Below, in pieces: positions 61,601 to 64,000 of a stretch of 64,000 nucleotides of DNA. Made by a program: the position numbers and the translations under genes. Each line of letters starts with the position of its first letter. Positions within the stretch are counted from its first letter, which is position 1. Source of the DNA: Podarcis cretensis (taxonomy: Eukaryota); assembly GCA_951804945.1 (NCBI GenBank), contig OX638154.1:77748001-77812000 (forward strand). Direction: 5' to 3'. The notes under the pieces were generated by a model that saw only the letters and a list, made by a program, of their open reading frames with translations, did no database searches and had not been told where the DNA came from.

Positions 61601-63921
61601 TGTTTACCAGTGGAATGGAAACTACAAATTTAAAAAAGGATTTCTTGAATAGCGACAGATCCCTGCTTACGATTGCACTGCAAGAAAAAATGTACATAAT
61701 TTAACAGCTCTGCTAATGACTGAAGAGTTACCACCATTATATCTTTTTACAGTGTACAGTGGTACCTTGGTTTTCGAACGTAATCTGTTCTAGAAGACAG
61801 TTCGAGTTCTGAAACATCCAAAAACTGAAAACTCAATACAGAAGCCTCAATATGGAAGTTGCGTGGCATGACTTCCAAGGCGCGTTCAAAAATGGAAGCA
61901 TTTACTTCTGGGTTACGGCATTCAAAAACTGAAACATTCATCAATGGAGGCGTTCGAAAATCGAGGTACCACTATATCAACAATCATTACTGCTGACATG
62001 ACAGACATACAACCGATTTAGCAGAGAACTAAATGTGCAAGATAAAAATAATAAAGTCAAATGGTATTTTGTGTACAATTGGTTCATTTTTTGTATTATG
62101 AAACCCAAACAAGAAACCGAAACTCAAGCACATTCCTCTTCTTTTAAAACACAGAAAGTCTCTGAATATCACTTCTGCCTACAAGACTGCATTTTATTTG
62201 CAGATTATACCCCACAGAAATAAATTATCCTGGATTATATTTTGTACAACAGGAAATTTGCCACAAATTGGTCCCTCCCCACTACCAGTATCCTATCAAC
62301 TATCAGAGAAAACTAATTGTTTGCTTGGATTGAACTTTCACTTGTGACAATTATAACTACGTTGGCCTGGTTCACACATCACATTAAATCAGTAGCTAAC
62401 ATTCCACACACACACCCTTGAGATGTCACGGATCAGAACTTCCATTGACTCCAACCAGGCATAGTTAACAGCCAAGGATGATGGGAGTTGTAGTCCCACA
62501 TATCTGGGGAGGATGGACCATATTGGATATTGTTACATTAAACTATAGTTAAACTATGCTGTAATGCGAATGTGCAGCATGATGCTGAACAGTCTCCTGC
62601 TCATGCCATGTTGTTGGGAAACAAGATGGTCTGGCTTGTCATGACGTCCAAATTCAGTGTCGTAGTTTGTTCACGCTTTATTGCTCACACTTTGTATTTG
62701 GAGAAAGACAATCTAAGAAACCAGATTCAGACATCACAACAACCCTGACTCTCTACAACCCTGACTCTCTTCGCAGTGGTGTGGTGGCAGCACAAGTCGA
62801 TGAACGAAGATGAACGAGGGTGAACGGTTCAGCAGACACACACAGCATGCTACTCATTCCCATTAAGCATACTTAAGTTTTTAACAATGGTTTAATGAGA
62901 CGTATGAGCTAAGCCACTGACTGCATAATGGATGTATCAGTCCCCTTTGCGCAACACACTAAACCATGGTTTAGTGAGAGATGCATAATCTAGAACAAGC
63001 CTGAGCAAAGACTTGTGCTCCCCCAGCATCTGAAACAAGTACTTCTGCAGCGTTTAATTTCCCTGTCATGTAATCTCAGCTTGTGGTGTAGGAACTGGCT
63101 GTTGTGGTTTAAAACAAACTCTGTTTTGTATTCTTCAAAACAAGCCAGCTTCAAGCCACAGTGGATAAATCTGGAATATTTAATTAATATGTTTTAAACC
63201 ACAGTCTCTGATTCGTATGCAAAACCAGGTGTCTGAAAAAGTGAAACTAAACACACGAGAGCAGGAGATTATGCAAGCCAAAGTTTCACTCAGGTTCATG
63301 TGGGAGGGTGATGAAGCTGTGCTTAGTCTTGTTCCAGCTTGGAAATATAGCACTAAACAATGATAAGCTATTATATGCAAACAGGGCCAGAGGGAAGGCA
63401 TGGTTTCCTGCTACCAGAATGAGCTGTGACAAGTCTCGAGCCCAGGCATTCCCCTCCTCCATGTGAGAAGAACCTGAAAACATCTGCATTTGAATTTAAA
63501 CTAGTCACAGTTCCCCATGACTTCTGAACTCTGTAAACTGAGATTTATTTTAACTATTGTTAGTAAGAACAAGTCATGATCAAACTGTGGTTAATTTAGA
63601 ATTCACAGCTTCTCTCCCACACAGCTACAAGAGAGAAGGAGAAGAAAAATAAGAGCCAGAGGCTCTTTTTGGTTCATTCTCACAGCAGGAACAATAATTT
63701 ACCTCCCCATCCCATTATCTTTTTACATCTAAGTCAACTGCCAATCCATTTTATGCAACCTTTGTCCCTAGTTATTGCAATCTTATACATCACACGAGTA
63801 TATCATACAAGGAGCAAATATGAAATGCTTACCTTTCAATAACAGTTCCATTCTGAATCATCCAAATATCACAGTATGTGCGAAGTATCAGCATCATGGC
63901 AATAAGTACCAAATAACCTGT
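40572..63921 (-). CDS. ABCD3: ATP-binding cassette subfamily D member 3 (PMP70), exons 4-23; 5' end outside the window
   Basis: 20 GT-AG exons with consistent phases. They encode the TMD, EAA-like motif (NSEEIAFY), Walker A GPNGCGKS, signature LSGGEKQR, Walker B AILDE and the C-terminus EFGS*. Exon numbering follows the human gene from memory. Confidence 0.97.
41971..42027 (-). CDS. ABCD3: ABCD3 exon 22
   Basis: [19 protein letters not shown]. Confidence 0.93.
42957..43061 (-). CDS. ABCD3: ABCD3 exon 21
   Basis: [35 protein letters not shown]. Confidence 0.95.
43221..43741. mobile_element. TA-flanked Tc1/mariner-superfamily MITE
   Basis: TIRs ccatatatactagactataagcc / ggcttatactcgagtatatatgg. 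Confidence 0.75.
44294..44777 (-). mobile_element. Solo LTR (gypsy-like, related to the 30.7 kb LTR), 484 bp, in ABCD3 intron 20
   Basis: Minus strand starts TGTCAGGGAC like the 30.7 kb LTR; far end CCTGGCA; AATAAA ~69 nt from that end (44363-44368); TSD degenerate (gttgc/gctgt). Confidence 0.65.
44867..44986 (-). CDS. ABCD3: ABCD3 exon 20
   Basis: [40 protein letters not shown]. Confidence 0.95.
45962..46051 (-). CDS. ABCD3: ABCD3 exon 19
   Basis: [30 protein letters not shown]. Confidence 0.95.
46141..46206 (-). CDS. ABCD3: ABCD3 exon 18
   Basis: [22 protein letters not shown]. Confidence 0.95.
46296..46373 (-). CDS. ABCD3: ABCD3 exon 17 (Walker A)
   Basis: [26 protein letters not shown]. 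Confidence 0.95.
47630..47693 (-). CDS. ABCD3: ABCD3 exon 16
   Basis: [21 protein letters not shown]. Confidence 0.95.
47880..48810 (-). mobile_element. L2 LINE 3' fragment (degenerate RT C-terminus)
   Basis: Frameshifted pieces [14 protein letters not shown] and QNSAARLLT...[13 protein letters not shown]; (TTA)-rich tail. Confidence 0.8.
49369..49441 (-). CDS. ABCD3: ABCD3 exon 15
   Basis: [25 protein letters not shown]. Confidence 0.92.
49524..49612 (-). CDS. ABCD3: ABCD3 exon 14
   Basis: [29 protein letters not shown]. Confidence 0.93.
50105..50196 (-). CDS. ABCD3: ABCD3 exon 13
   Basis: [31 protein letters not shown]. Confidence 0.95.
50287..50384 (-). CDS. ABCD3: ABCD3 exon 12
   Basis: [32 protein letters not shown]. 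Confidence 0.95.
50944..51003. repeat. Compound microsatellite (TTC)n(TTA)n(ATC)n
   Basis: Seen directly; other simple repeats at ~7211 (ATG), ~12376 (TA/GA), ~34888 (ATC/ATT) and ~36955 (AC). Confidence 0.9.
51176..51245 (-). CDS. ABCD3: ABCD3 exon 11
   Basis: [23 protein letters not shown]. Confidence 0.95.
52150..52605 (+). mobile_element. GC-rich TA-flanked MITE (CCGTATTT TIR, pogo/Tc2-like)
   Basis: TIRs ccgtatttttcaccctatagg / cctatggggcgaaaaatacgg; TA flanks; internal GC-rich subrepeats. Confidence 0.85.
53270..53339 (-). CDS. ABCD3: ABCD3 exon 10
   Basis: [23 protein letters not shown]. Confidence 0.95.
54010..54152 (-). CDS. ABCD3: ABCD3 exon 9
   Basis: [48 protein letters not shown]. 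Confidence 0.95.
54815..55489 (-). mobile_element. Same MITE family as 52150-52605, opposite orientation, expanded internal repeats
   Basis: Its right end is the reverse complement of the left ~110 nt of the 52.1 kb copy. Confidence 0.85.
56751..56807 (-). CDS. ABCD3: ABCD3 exon 8
   Basis: [19 protein letters not shown]. Confidence 0.95.
57046..57500. mobile_element. TA-flanked MITE (CCGTAGATTCC TIR)
   Basis: TIRs ccgtagattccg / cggaatctacgg; TA on both sides. Confidence 0.85.
57868..57990. repeat. Minisatellite, 5 x 24 bp (gctggacttaatgcaaatgattat)
   Basis: Five near-perfect units seen directly. Confidence 0.95.
58099..58222 (-). CDS. ABCD3: ABCD3 exon 7
   Basis: [41 protein letters not shown]. 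Confidence 0.95.
58398..58495 (-). CDS. ABCD3: ABCD3 exon 6
   Basis: [33 protein letters not shown]. Confidence 0.95.
60446..60515 (-). CDS. ABCD3: ABCD3 exon 5 (canonical, '5b'), 70 nt
   Basis: [24 protein letters not shown]; matches the human sequence as recalled. Confidence 0.95.
61608..61677 (-). CDS. ABCD3: Putative alternative (mutually exclusive) ABCD3 exon '5a', 70 nt
   Basis: ttttttcttgcag| 70 nt |gtaaac; open in the same phase; [24 protein letters not shown] aligns without gaps to exon 5. Confidence 0.8.
61757..61974. mobile_element. Tigger-like MITE
   Basis: TIRs cagtggtaccttggttttcgaacg / cgttcgaaaatcgaggtaccact; TA flanks. Confidence 0.8.
63833..63921 (-). CDS. ABCD3: ABCD3 exon 4
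   Basis: [30 protein letters not shown]. Confidence 0.95.
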
Positions 63922-64000
63922 CTAGTAAAAGTAAAGTGAGTTGTCAGTGTTCACAGATGATCATTCCTTAATGAGTTTTCTGCAAACAGCCTAGAGTGTC

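Overview
Vertebrate genomic DNA from a squamate. Sauria SINEs, Bov-B and Squam3-like SINEs support this; a lacertid lizard is my inference. Two convergent genes are present, as at the human F3/ABCD3 locus. The complete 6-exon tissue factor gene F3 lies on + (CDS 18742-29435, 290 aa, CpG-island/TATA promoter). Exons 4-23 of the peroxisomal ABC transporter ABCD3/PMP70 lie on - (63921 down to stop at 40572; the 5' exons are beyond the window). The rest is repeat-rich: a full-length, nearly intact Bov-B LINE with TSDs, three Sauria SINEs, three solo LTRs, many TA-flanked and hAT-type MITEs, and CR1, L1, L2 and Penelope fragments. Top observations: (1) a second, paralogous, intact 70-nt copy of ABCD3 exon 5 (61608-61677) that looks like a mutually exclusive alternative to the canonical exon 5 (60446-60515); (2) two diverged solo LTRs that each carry an acidic-then-basic ORF open from LTR nucleotide 2 in the same V-R-D register; (3) a minimal type-I hammerhead ribozyme motif in sense orientation in F3 intron 1; (4) a mammal-like AP-1/AP-1/NF-kB module in the F3 promoter. 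Exons were read by eye from splice sites and recalled human proteins. Repeat family names are by recognition, not by database search.
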